Of a stretch of DNA of 64,000 nt, positions 20,299 through 30,600 are shown piece after piece. This DNA comes from a virus (taxonomy: Duplodnaviria; Caudoviricetes): the IMG/VR virus record IMGVR_UViG_3300021400_003144. One strand, given 5' to 3'. Positions within the stretch are counted from its first letter, which is position 1; each line of letters opens with the position of its first letter. The notes below the pieces were generated by a model that saw nothing but the letters and a program-made list of their open reading frames with translations, made no database searches and was not told the origin of the DNA. Made by a program: the position numbers and the translations under genes.

Positions 20299-20838
20299 AT
20301 GGTACATTTAGGGAAAGATAAGAAACTTGTTAGGGATAACTTGTATGCAAGAGATACAATGTCTAAAATCTATTATGATAAGGTTGCCGACATTGCAAGG
20401 GAAAGAGAAAGACTTGAAAAAGAAAAGGAGAGGCTTGAGGGGGAGAAAGAAAGACTTAATAAAGAAAAGATTGAAGCAGATAAAACTGAAGAACCTAAGT
20501 CAAATACAGTAAGTGATAGTACTGATGGGCGTGTAGGTTCTGATGTTGCAGCTAGTCTTTATATGATAGCTGCAATTATAGTAATGATAGTAGTGGTATT
20601 TGAAGTTGGCAATAGTTTGATGAGATCAGGTATTGATAGAGTAGAAAAAACGTTAAATGAAAGCATAAGCAGTGAATATGAGGAAGAAACAGAGAGTAAT
20701 GAGAGTGTAGTTGAAGAGGAGACAGAAAGTGCTGAAGAAGTGGCAGAAAGGGCTGAAGAAGAAACAGAGAATACAGAGAGTATATCTGATAAACAAGCAC
20801 GGAGTGCAGAGATAGATATATGGGATTTTTTAGTATAA
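20299..20838 (+). CDS. Membrane protein with coiled-coil N-terminus and acidic C-terminus
   Basis: ERERLEKEKERLE heptads; central TM helix. Confidence 0.75.
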   Translation: MVHLGKDKKLVRDNLYARDTMSKIYYDKVADIARERERLEKEKERLEGEKERLNKEKIEADKTEEPKSNTVSDSTDGRVGSDVAASLYMIAAIIVMIVVVFEVGNSLMRSGIDRVEKTLNESISSEYEEETESNESVVEEETESAEEVAERAEEETENTESISDKQARSAEIDIWDFLV

Positions 20839-20845
20839 CAATATA

Positions 20846-20977
20846 ATGATAGTGAAGATACTGATAATAATAGTTATAATCATAATAAGTATAATTGCTA
20901 TTCTATTTATAATAGGGTTTATACTAGGTATGATTGAAGAGTTTAAGAATAAGGGTGAGGATAATAAAGATAATTAA
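20846..20977 (+). CDS. Small single-TM protein (43 aa)
   Basis: MIVKILIIIVIIIISIIAILFIIGFILGMIEEFKNK...; lies between the previous stop and a terminator. Confidence 0.5.
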   Translation: MIVKILIIIVIIIISIIAILFIIGFILGMIEEFKNKGEDNKDN

Positions 20978-21018
20978 TTAGGAGCATGTGATGAATAAGT
21001 CATATGCTCCTAATTTTT
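20976..21018 (+). terminator. Intrinsic terminator
   Basis: aattaggagcat...atgctcctaatttttt. Confidence 0.8.
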
Positions 21019-21054
21019 TGTTGTATGGACTTATTAAATAAAAAAGGTTAGACA

Positions 21055-21275
21055 GAGTGCTAAAATTTGGTGTACTGTAGGTATAATTTTAGCTAATTTT
21101 AAAAATAAAAATTTTTATGATAAAGTGAAGGTAAGGTATATAAAATTTAAAATCTAAAAATTTTTATGATAAGCAGTTAAGTTTTTTAAAGGTAAGCACT
21201 GAGTAAAAATTTTGGAGCAGTGAGTGCTAAAAATTGGGTTAAAAATTATTGAGTAAAAATGGGATAAAATTTAGA
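21055..21275. repeat. AT-rich intergenic direct repeats and A-tracts
   Basis: taaaaatttttatgataa at 21106 and 21155; gagtgctaaaa at 21055 and 21222; tgagtaaaaat at 21200 and 21250. Confidence 0.7.
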
Positions 21276-21462
21276 TTGTGTAAAATATAAATAGAGATAG
21301 TTAAATAAATTTAATTAAAATATTTTAAATATTTATTAATGTAGGATATGAGAAATAAGGTACATGGTGAGGTTATATAAAGTTATATGATAAGACAGTA
21401 GATAGTAATAGTAGTGTAAATATAAATTTTCAAAGTAGTTTAAATATTTTAGGAGATATACT

Positions 21463-21876
21463 ATGGATAATAAAATTAGTTACGAGTATAAAGCTGTAGG
21501 AAGGCTGTTTAGAGGTAAAAGACCAGTAGGTTTTAGATTAAAAAAGCTAAATGGTGGTCTAGTAGACTTCAATAGAGAAGCTACAGCAGCTTTATTAGGT
21601 TATAAGAAGCTGGATGGTTTAAAGGCAAGCAGTAAGATTGGTAAGACTTTTGCAGATGCTCAATTTGCATTTCTTGGAGCAACAGATTTACCTTCTATAC
21701 AGATAGAAGATACAAACAAGCTAAAGACTGTTGCTGATGTAAAGAAAGAGGCTGTTAAGAAAGAACCTGCTAAGACAGCATCTGCTAGCAATGTAAAGGT
21801 GGTTTCAAATTTAATACCTTCACCTGAATTTTTAGGCAAGTCTGTTGGTTTTGTTGGTAACATTGACATTGATTAA
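21463..21876 (+). CDS. Hypothetical basic protein
   Basis: AGGAG RBS; 137 aa. Confidence 0.8.
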   Translation: MDNKISYEYKAVGRLFRGKRPVGFRLKKLNGGLVDFNREATAALLGYKKLDGLKASSKIGKTFADAQFAFLGATDLPSIQIEDTNKLKTVADVKKEAVKKEPAKTASASNVKVVSNLIPSPEFLGKSVGFVGNIDID

Positions 21877-21887
21877 GGAGAACAAAG

Positions 21888-22079
21888 ATGATTGTAAAGT
21901 TTAAGGATACAATAAGTATATCTGGTCTTGGTAAGTTATTCCTTATGAGTCAGAAAGGTGGCAGAGCAATGTACTGTGATAGCTCTGATAGAGAATACGA
22001 GTTGACATTAGATGATAAACAGAACTTAAAGTTCAGGAGAATTGACAATAGAAGTAGATTAGCTGTTGGCAGTATTTAA
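21888..22079 (+). CDS. Small hypothetical protein
   Basis: AAGGAG RBS; in operon. Confidence 0.75.
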   Translation: MIVKFKDTISISGLGKLFLMSQKGGRAMYCDSSDREYELTLDDKQNLKFRRIDNRSRLAVGSI

Positions 22080-22099
22080 ATAATTTAGAGGTGCATATA

Positions 22100-23224
22100 A
22101 TGGGTAGCAAAAAGTCAGTATATAGAATAAATAAACTTTATATGGATAGTTTAAATCCTAGAGTTGGTTTTATAGGTGCTAGTGTAAGTAGGTTTAATAA
22201 GAGTGGTGCAATTGATAAAGAAGGTTTCATCACAACTGAGCAGATTGATTATTATATAGCTCAGGATAAGGTTGTAGCACCTAATGGAGCTAAGATTGGT
22301 GGTACATTAAGAGCACATGGAAAGCTTGTAGGGTTTGATGTTACACTAAGCAATTATAATATAGACATCTATGATGGTAGTGGAATCATAACTGGTAAAT
22401 TAAGCAATGACCTTATCAAAAAGCTAAGTGATAAGGGTAAGGCTCTTACTAATAAAAATACACCATTAAGAGTAAAGCTTAATTACTCAGGAGTTGGATT
22501 AGAGAACAAGGGAATTAAGAAGAGTGCAGAGCAGAGTTACTCAGAGACTCTTGATAATGAAACAATAGCTGAGTTACTTATTGAGGGTATGTTTATTACT
22601 CAGGGTAATGTACTAACAGGACTTGTTCCTCATGCAAAGGCTAGAGAAATATACATTAAGAAGATTAATGAGCGTAAGGGAAAAGTTAGTACAACTACAT
22701 ATAATAGAGTCTATGGTATGCTTAAGAGAGGAGGTCTTTTTGATGATAACCTTGATGAGCGTATCAAAAAGAATAATGAGGCTAAGGCTGTTCAAAAGCA
22801 GAAAGAAGCTCCAAGAGTTACAGGTAAGCCAGTTAATAGCATAGCTAAACCTGTTGCTAATGAAGTAAATGCACAGTGGGTTGTGACTGATGTTTATGCT
22901 AGAATAAATGTAAAGAATAATAAAGAGTATAATGCTATATATGATATTAAGAACCTTATGGATGGTACGGTTAAGCGTATAGATGGTAAGGATAGACTGT
23001 ATAGACTTGCACGTAGCGGAACTAAAATCATAAATGTTAATGTATTACCAAGACCTGTAAAGGATAAGGCTGGTAATAAGATAGGTATGGACTATCAGGT
23101 TACTACAGTACCTCAGTATCGTGGTAAATATCCAATCAGGTCACATAATGCAGCTGAGACTGTTAGATTAGGATTAGGTACAAAGCATACAGAGAAGATT
23201 CTTGAGAAGAGAAGCAAGAAGTAA
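22100..23224 (+). CDS. Hypothetical basic protein
   Basis: ATG after GAGGTG; ~374 aa. Confidence 0.8.
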   Translation: MGSKKSVYRINKLYMDSLNPRVGFIGASVSRFNKSGAIDKEGFITTEQIDYYIAQDKVVAPNGAKIGGTLRAHGKLVGFDVTLSNYNIDIYDGSGIITGKLSNDLIKKLSDKGKALTNKNTPLRVKLNYSGVGLENKGIKKSAEQSYSETLDNETIAELLIEGMFITQGNVLTGLVPHAKAREIYIKKINERKGKVSTTTYNRVYGMLKRGGLFDDNLDERIKKNNEAKAVQKQKEAPRVTGKPVNSIAKPVANEVNAQWVVTDVYARINVKNNKEYNAIYDIKNLMDGTVKRIDGKDRLYRLARSGTKIINVNVLPRPVKDKAGNKIGMDYQVTTVPQYRGKYPIRSHNAAETVRLGLGTKHTEKILEKRSKK

Positions 23225-23249
23225 AGAGTTAGACATAAGATATATAATG

Positions 23250-23285
23250 GAATAGAAGTTCACTGAGAAGTGGGCTTCTATTTTT
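23250..23285 (+). terminator. Intrinsic terminator
   Basis: aatagaagttcac...gtgggcttctatttttt. Confidence 0.75.
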
Positions 23286-23350
23286 ATTTATAGACATTAA
23301 AATAGTTATGGGTATATAAATGAATTATTTTTGATAGCTAGGAGATTGAC

Positions 23351-23992
23351 ATGTTAAGAATAGAAAATACATCAGTTTCAAATTTTGAGCCAGCAATTCG
23401 TGGAGCTAGAAATCCTATGAACAGTTGGGATAGAAGCGATAGTCATTATGATGGAGAAGTGTTTAAGTTTGGGCCTAATGATTTAGACCTTGCAATTAGA
23501 TTGAGAAAAGCAGGATCAGACCATAGAAAGTATCTTAGAATGATTACTGTTTGTTGTGACGTGACAGCTCCACTTTACTGGTGGAAAGAATATGATACAT
23601 ATAAGGTTGCAACTGTAGCTAACAGTACTTCTACAATGCATAAGATACATAGCAAGACTATTGAAATGAGTGACTTCTCAACAGACCATCTTACAGAAGA
23701 TGCAAGGCAGATTATGGAAAAGTATGTAGCTGAGATTGAAAAGATTAGACTCAGATATATGAAGAATGGTAAGAATAAGGAAGATTGGTATGACCTCATT
23801 CAGATGTTGCCATCTTCCTATAATCAGACTAGAACAATAATGTTGAATTATGAGACATTAATAAACATATATTTTGCAAGAAAAGACCATAAACTTGCTG
23901 AGTGGCATACATTTTGTGATTGGATTAAGCTACTTCCTTATAGCAAAGAGCTTATTATTGCAGGTGAGGATGCTGAAGAGGGAATAGATTAA
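23351..23992 (+). CDS. ThyX-like (flavin-dependent thymidylate synthase fold) protein
   Basis: RGARNPMNSWDRSDS...DHRKYLRMI..CDVTAPLYWWKEYDTY...STMH...LPSSYNQTR...HKLAEW; canonical RHR motif not present. Confidence 0.6.
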   Translation: MLRIENTSVSNFEPAIRGARNPMNSWDRSDSHYDGEVFKFGPNDLDLAIRLRKAGSDHRKYLRMITVCCDVTAPLYWWKEYDTYKVATVANSTSTMHKIHSKTIEMSDFSTDHLTEDARQIMEKYVAEIEKIRLRYMKNGKNKEDWYDLIQMLPSSYNQTRTIMLNYETLINIYFARKDHKLAEWHTFCDWIKLLPYSKELIIAGEDAEEGID

Positions 23993-24042
23993 ACTAATAA
24001 ATTGGAATAGACTAGGAATAAATTAGGGAATAAACGGATATA

Positions 24043-25449
24043 TTGGAGGACATTGTTTTGAGTATAGACAAATTAAGACTTACACCTATTGATATTAATG
24101 ACTGTGTAAAAGATAAGTTAATCAAGTATGAAAATGGAGCATATTCAGACCCTTATGATGTAGAGTCTTTGATTAAAGATAAGAGTAGAGTTAAGAGTAA
24201 TGGAGAAGTATTTACACCAGCTCATATAGTTTCTGATATGCTTGATATGACAGATAAAGCTATCTTTGAGATTGAGGGTAATGATGATTGGAATTTCTAT
24301 GAGTTTGTAGATAGTTGTGCAGATGCTAATAAGCTTAGAAAGTATATCTACAAAACATATCTTGAGCCTTCTTGTGGTAATGGTAACTTCTTGGTTCAGG
24401 TACTTGAAAGAAAGATTGTTGCATCTATAAAGGTGTTTAGACTTACTAATGATAAGGAAGAGTTTATTCTTAATACATACAGGTGTTTTACAACTATATA
24501 CGGTGTTGATATTAAGGGTGACAATATTATAGAGAGTAAGAACAGAATGTATATAAGATATCTTAATACATTGAATAAGTATAACCTTGTATTAAGTGAT
24601 AAGCATTCTGAAGAAGTAAAGCAGCTTGCATATTTTATTATGGACAGAAATATTCAGCTTGGTGATACATTGAAATGGTCTTATGTACAGGATGGAAATG
24701 CACCAATGTTTGAAGCTGAGGTTCTTAGATCATATAAGGAAAAGCCTAAGGAAGAAAAGGGAAGTATTGATGATGCAAGCATGTCTGATGGTGTAACAGT
24801 CAGTACTAAAGTAAAAGATGGTTCAGATGAAAATGTGACTAAGCTTGTCAAGTGGCTTAGAAATCCAGATGGCGAGAAACCAAAGTACAATGATAAAGAC
24901 AAATATCCAATGCTTATAACAGAGTGGATTTTTAATGCTGATAGACTTAGCAGAAGAACCTTTGAGGGTACAGAACTTGCAAAGGAAGAGTCAGACCAGA
25001 TTATTTTCCATGACATTACAGATAGAGTACAAATCAGATATAACAACATATTATCTGATGTTAATACAGCTAGAATATCTGAGGGTGAGAGTGTTGATTT
25101 GAGTACTGAGATTGGAAAAGCTTCAGAAGAATATGTTGAGCCAGATAACATTGAGAGTGAGACATCTGATGATATAGAGGATGACTCAGATGATGAGAGT
25201 AATGGTTTAAATGAAAACATTAATACTAAGAGTGAAAATACAGGAGTTGAAGGACAAATGAATCCTCCAGCATATAATAGTGCTGAGGCTATTGCACAGG
25301 CAGCTTCTGAGGACTCAGGTAACTTATCAAAGAAAGTTAAAGCTAAGAATGAGGCTAAAGAAACAAAGGAAAGTGGTAAAAAGACTACTGCTAAGAATAT
25401 TAAGGGTGTAACTCAGATGCCTAAAGGTGGTCAAATGTCATTGTTATGA
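24043..25449 (+). CDS. N6-adenine DNA methyltransferase-like subunit (SAM-binding half) with acidic disordered tail
   Basis: RVKSNGEVFTP (motif X), YLEPSCGNGNFL (I), YGVDI (II), NIQLGDTL (III); no properly placed NPPY. Confidence 0.75.
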   Translation: MEDIVLSIDKLRLTPIDINDCVKDKLIKYENGAYSDPYDVESLIKDKSRVKSNGEVFTPAHIVSDMLDMTDKAIFEIEGNDDWNFYEFVDSCADANKLRKYIYKTYLEPSCGNGNFLVQVLERKIVASIKVFRLTNDKEEFILNTYRCFTTIYGVDIKGDNIIESKNRMYIRYLNTLNKYNLVLSDKHSEEVKQLAYFIMDRNIQLGDTLKWSYVQDGNAPMFEAEVLRSYKEKPKEEKGSIDDASMSDGVTVSTKVKDGSDENVTKLVKWLRNPDGEKPKYNDKDKYPMLITEWIFNADRLSRRTFEGTELAKEESDQIIFHDITDRVQIRYNNILSDVNTARISEGESVDLSTEIGKASEEYVEPDNIESETSDDIEDDSDDESNGLNENINTKSENTGVEGQMNPPAYNSAEAIAQAASEDSGNLSKKVKAKNEAKETKESGKKTTAKNIKGVTQMPKGGQMSLL

Positions 25450-26543
25450 GGACATATAAAGCTATGGAAGAAATGAGTAATACAGAAGAAAATGGTGTTA
25501 TACTTAGAAATATAGCTGGTAACATAGGTCAGATAGTTAAAGGAATTGGTATGCTTTTAAAACAAGGCATGCCAATTAAAATTAATAATGGTACATTTAT
25601 AGATGAAGATAAATATGAAGAAGATACCAGACAATATAAGTTAGTTGACTTTGCTAGAGATTGTTATGGCATAGAGTTTAGTAAGATAGATATTAACTTA
25701 GATAACTCACATCAGTTGATATTAGTAGGTGTACCTGGAGTTGGTAAAACAACCATAGCGTTGGCTTATGTTAGGGCTAAGACAGGATATGTAAAATCTA
25801 AGTATTATGAGTTAATAACATTTGGAGAAGATTGGGATAGGTCAGACTTTACAGGTGGTACAGTTAATGTAGATGGAGTTTGGCGTAGACAAAAAGGTAT
25901 ATTCACTAAGATGTGTGAAAGAGCTCTTGCAGATAGGAGTCATAACTATTATCTTATAATAGACGAGATCAATAGAGGTAATACAGCTGGAATTATGGCT
26001 GATGCTTTTACAGGTTTATCTCAGCGTGATGTAAGGTATAGAACTCAGCTTGGAGAATACATTACAGTGCCTAGTAATTTATACATTATAGGTACCATGA
26101 ATGCATTTGATAGTAGCATTAGTGACTTGGATATGGCTATGAAGAATAGATTTCCATTCATAGAACTTGACCCAGTATGGAATGACCCTGGATTTGCAAG
26201 TAATCTGACTAGGATTATAGGAGCTATAGAGTATGGTTGGGATAGTCCTTGGTTAAGAAGATTAATGAAGAGAATAGCAAATGATATAGCAGCTCTTAAT
26301 AATGCTATAATGGCTCAAGGAAGAGTTGGAAATGCAGCTTTGATAGGTGTAAGACCAATCTATAAGAAATTTAAGAGTCTTGAGCATTTTAGAGAGTCAT
26401 ATAATAATGAATTATTACATACAATTAAAGACTCTACAGAGTTTGTGCAGGATGTTCCTGAAATATCAGACTATATAAAGGATCTTGAGGGAGTATTGGA
26501 AGATATAGATAGAGTTCTAAGAAGAGATAGCACTAATGGTTGA
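25446..26543 (+). CDS. mcrB: McrB-family AAA+ GTPase
   Basis: GVPGVGKT, LIIDEINRG, GTMNAFD (NxxD), NRF; ATGA overlap with upstream gene. Confidence 0.85.
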   Translation: MRTYKAMEEMSNTEENGVILRNIAGNIGQIVKGIGMLLKQGMPIKINNGTFIDEDKYEEDTRQYKLVDFARDCYGIEFSKIDINLDNSHQLILVGVPGVGKTTIALAYVRAKTGYVKSKYYELITFGEDWDRSDFTGGTVNVDGVWRRQKGIFTKMCERALADRSHNYYLIIDEINRGNTAGIMADAFTGLSQRDVRYRTQLGEYITVPSNLYIIGTMNAFDSSISDLDMAMKNRFPFIELDPVWNDPGFASNLTRIIGAIEYGWDSPWLRRLMKRIANDIAALNNAIMAQGRVGNAALIGVRPIYKKFKSLEHFRESYNNELLHTIKDSTEFVQDVPEISDYIKDLEGVLEDIDRVLRRDSTNG

Positions 26544-27600
26544 TAAAGGTATTAAGTTACAGACAGTTCTTGAAATATTAAGATTTGATGATAAAGATTT
26601 GAAGATAAATGTTTCAGACTTAAACTTTGATGAAATAAATAATATCAATGATTTATTTGGTAGTATACTTGAAAAGGGTATGCAGGAGATAAAACAGTTT
26701 GGTTTTAAGAAAAGTTATGTCAATAGATATAGAGAATTGTCTAAAATAAAAGGTAAGATAGATTTTAATAAATCTATCAGTAAGGCAGCTGTTGCTCGTG
26801 GTAGACTAGTGTGCAATGTAGAGGAACTGAGTATAAATAATATATACAATCAGATACTTAAATTTGCAATTATGAGTCTATTTAAGGGTAGAATTAGTGA
26901 CAGAGAAGATAATGGGGCACTATCACGAAGTATACGGATTAGATTATTACAGTATGTAGATATATTGAAAAATATAAATAATATTAATGGGGTTGACACG
27001 AAACTTGTTGAGTATATAAAACAGTCTGCTCCATTTTATTATGCTAATGGGTTGCATACTGCATTATATATATCTGAGCTATATGGAACTTTAGATATAG
27101 ATGGTAGGTCTAGATTAAAGACTAGTAAGGATTGGAATAGATGCAGAAATATTTTTGAAAGACATATTCTGAATCTAATTCGAGACAGCATAAATGAATA
27201 TGAAAAAGAGTTAGGCAAATTCAAGGTATTACCTAGAGTTTATATGGACAGTAAAGGTAGAAAACTACCTGATATAATAATGTCTGATGGTAAAAGGGCA
27301 ATCACTATAGATGTTTATTGGTATGATAAAAAACATCATAGCACTGGAAAACTTGAAGATGGCTATGATAATTCACACTATGCTAATTATATATCTGATA
27401 CACTTCAAATAGCTAATGTAAATAATTTGATAGTTTATGCAGAAAAAAGAGAAGTCAGTGAGTATTCAGAATATACTAGTGACTTAAAGCAGAACTACAG
27501 ATTAAAAGCATATGTATTTGATATGTACTTAAATAAACCCGTAGAAGTTTTTAATAAAAGGTTTAAAACTGTGTTGAAAGATATGACACAAGTAAGATAA
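26536..27600 (+). CDS. mcrC: McrC-like protein, PD-(D/E)xK motif degenerate
   Basis: IKGKIDFNKSI...ELSINNIYNQILK...IFERHI...LPDIIM...IDVYWY; overlaps mcrB. Confidence 0.75.
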   Translation: MVDKGIKLQTVLEILRFDDKDLKINVSDLNFDEINNINDLFGSILEKGMQEIKQFGFKKSYVNRYRELSKIKGKIDFNKSISKAAVARGRLVCNVEELSINNIYNQILKFAIMSLFKGRISDREDNGALSRSIRIRLLQYVDILKNINNINGVDTKLVEYIKQSAPFYYANGLHTALYISELYGTLDIDGRSRLKTSKDWNRCRNIFERHILNLIRDSINEYEKELGKFKVLPRVYMDSKGRKLPDIIMSDGKRAITIDVYWYDKKHHSTGKLEDGYDNSHYANYISDTLQIANVNNLIVYAEKREVSEYSEYTSDLKQNYRLKAYVFDMYLNKPVEVFNKRFKTVLKDMTQVR

Positions 27601-27627
27601 CAAGGAGGTTACTTATAAAAATAAAAA

Positions 27628-30600
27628 ATGAAACTTAAGAAGATAGCATTAATAACTTTACTTATGACACTTGCAGGTGGTTGTAAATCATTTGCAAGTG
27701 ATACTTTTTTGCCAGGACCACAGGTAAACATACTATTACAAAGGTGCCTTCCATCTACTCCTGGTTATAGTAATTATATACCTGGTGATAGAGTCAGAAG
27801 GATGGAGAGAGTTAATATAGTAGACACAGATTTTGACCCAGAGCATTATGTGATATTTAGATATGACAGTAGTCAATACGGAGAGTTTTCTGTTGATGAA
27901 AGTCATGCTAATAGAGATACTTTAGCTGATGGGCAAAAACTTTCATATATTATATTAGTAAGTTCTACAAATTCAAATTCAACTAGTGAGAAGAACATCT
28001 GGGCATACTATGATGCAGATGGTGGTGGAGAATTGTATGGACAAACAACAGGAAGTATAAAGTTCTTTTATGGTTCTCAAGATGATTTTGGAGTTAAGGA
28101 GCCTACTAATCATGACAGTGATGAATATTGGAATGACTATTCCAAATATATGAATACAATGTCTTCATCTAAAAATACAATTTATTTGAATGCTGATTCA
28201 TCAAAAATGTTCAAAGGTCTAAACTTAGGATATGATGCTGATATAGATTGCGTGTATGCAGATAAGCTATTCAGGACATCATACAATCTTGATAATGGAT
28301 ACTACATTGATACTCAGTATGTAACTGACTATACAGAAATGTTTTTCGGGTGTGTATCTGGAGATACACCATTAGACATAGACTATAATGCTTTTAAATA
28401 TATAAGATGTACTTCTACAAAGAAAATGTTCTATTATGTTAAAGGAGTAAGTACTAATGTGGGTAGCAACTTTGACAATACAATAAACTCAAATTGTGAT
28501 ACAACTGATATGTTCTACACCAGTTCTTACTATAATGATATGCTTAGTTTCAGTGGATTATGGTATGCTCCAAATCATACTAATTATACTAATATGCTCT
28601 ATGAAAGAGCGGAAGATATTCGTAATTTAGACCTCAGATTTATAGCAGTTGATAATTATGAAAAATTATTAGGGCATGGGATGTTCTTAAATTTGAAAGA
28701 GTTTGCACCTCCTATGTTTAAGCTAATGTCTAGACAGCTGGTAGAGAATATAATCAGAGGTGTGGATACATATACTCCAGACTTATCAAATTATCCAGAG
28801 CAATACTGGGATACTAGACCAGCAGGCAGAGGAGATTATATAATGTGGACTGTACAGGGAGATGATACACATAGATTATATGATTGGAAAGAAGTATATG
28901 CAGTATATAAAGAGGCTTATGATAGTGATAAAGAAATAACTTTTGAAGCAGTAGAGATGATAGAACCTATAGTGAAGTTTAATTGTAGTTCTACTGATGA
29001 TATGGATAAATTAAACGGAAGTGAGCTAATTATAAATTTAAATTGTAAATACGGTAATTTTACAATAACAGGTACACTTAATAAAGATGGGAGTAAACTT
29101 AGATTAGATGCTTCTGAGAAAATACCAAAAAGCATGTATAGTATTTCAAATATCAGTGGGTTGGGTGATAACTATACTATAAATAACTTAAGTAATACAG
29201 CATTAGACTACTATAATTACTATAGTACTCCAGTATTAACAATTAAGAATCTACATAAGTATAATCCTAAATTATCAATAGATAAAGATAATACAAATGA
29301 TTCTTATGTAATTACATTTGGTAATTTAGCTAGTGGCATTAAAGTCATTGATAAAGATAACAATGAGACAGTACCAACTGGAATGAAATTAGAGATGTAT
29401 GAAGGTACAGGAGACATAGTAGGAGATGGAGTAACACATTCTAAGTATACTGAGAATCTTAAAAAAGTATCTGAGACTACACTTAATAGCACTACTGGTG
29501 AGTTGAAGTTCAGTGTGGATTGGAACACTAAGGATGCAGATGCTAGGTATTATTATCTAGTAATACCTTCAGATCAAATAGGAGACTATAGATTATCATT
29601 AGACCATGAAAACTCTTACTATTATGTAGATGGAGTAGGCTATATAGTACCTAATGCAGGTGATGATAAATATATTACCAATAATGTTGAGTTTGGAAAG
29701 CATTTGATAACTAGCAATCCAGATAAAAATGCATATAATTCTGTATGGTGCATAGATAAGGATGAAGAAACAGCTGAAAATATTGTGTTTAATATACATG
29801 GAAATGCTGAGCTTCAAGTAACAGTAGATAAGACATCTAATGATGCAAGTATAGTAACATCCTATAATGCAAATAATTCTGATGGAGTTAACTTAGATAC
29901 AGAAGGTGGAATCACATTATTTGCAAAGTCCATATATGATACTGGAGAAGCACAAGTAAAAATATCTACAGAAGTTCCAGCTGGTAAGTATGGCATATAT
30001 GATGCAGACAAGAATCTTATTAAAGAAGTTGAGACTGACGATAACAACATAATAAAGACAGTTATAAATGTTGTTAAGCAGTTAGGAGAAACAATTACTT
30101 ACTATATTAAACAGTTAGACATATTTGATGATACATTAAATGTTGATGATGAGTTTAAGGAGTTTGAAGTAGTAGCTTCTCCAAGTGAGTTGAATCCAAA
30201 CGAGTTCACAATGGTAGCAAAGGGATTGGATGAAATTACCTTTAATAACCCATTAAAGCAGGCTACACCATCAGAACTTGATAAAAAGGACATCGAAATT
30301 GAAGTTGATGATGTTAGAAAAGAAACTGTTGACCTTACAGATTATAAATCAGATGCAGCTGTGACATTCAATGTTCTAGAGTATGTAAATGATAACTATG
30401 AGGATGAATACTTTGATAGGTTACTAAGAACATCAGGCATTACAAGTAAGTATAAGTATACTTTTAATAATAAAAAGAACTTGTTTATAGACCTTCAGGA
30501 AAATGAAGATGACAACAGCTTGTATGATTTATCTATGTATACAGACAATAATACAAAGGAAATAGAATTTGATATACCTGAGAGTATACAGGAAGAACTT

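Noticed and set aside
21193-21230. CIRCE (HrcA) operator
   Set aside because: GAGTGCTAA half-sites occur at 21055 and 21222, but neither has TTAGCACTC 9 bp upstream.
25261-25275. NPPAY as catalytic motif IV of the MTase-like ORF
   Set aside because: It lies about 200 aa past motif III in a low-complexity tail, has no preceding hydrophobic strand and is NPPA rather than NPPY.
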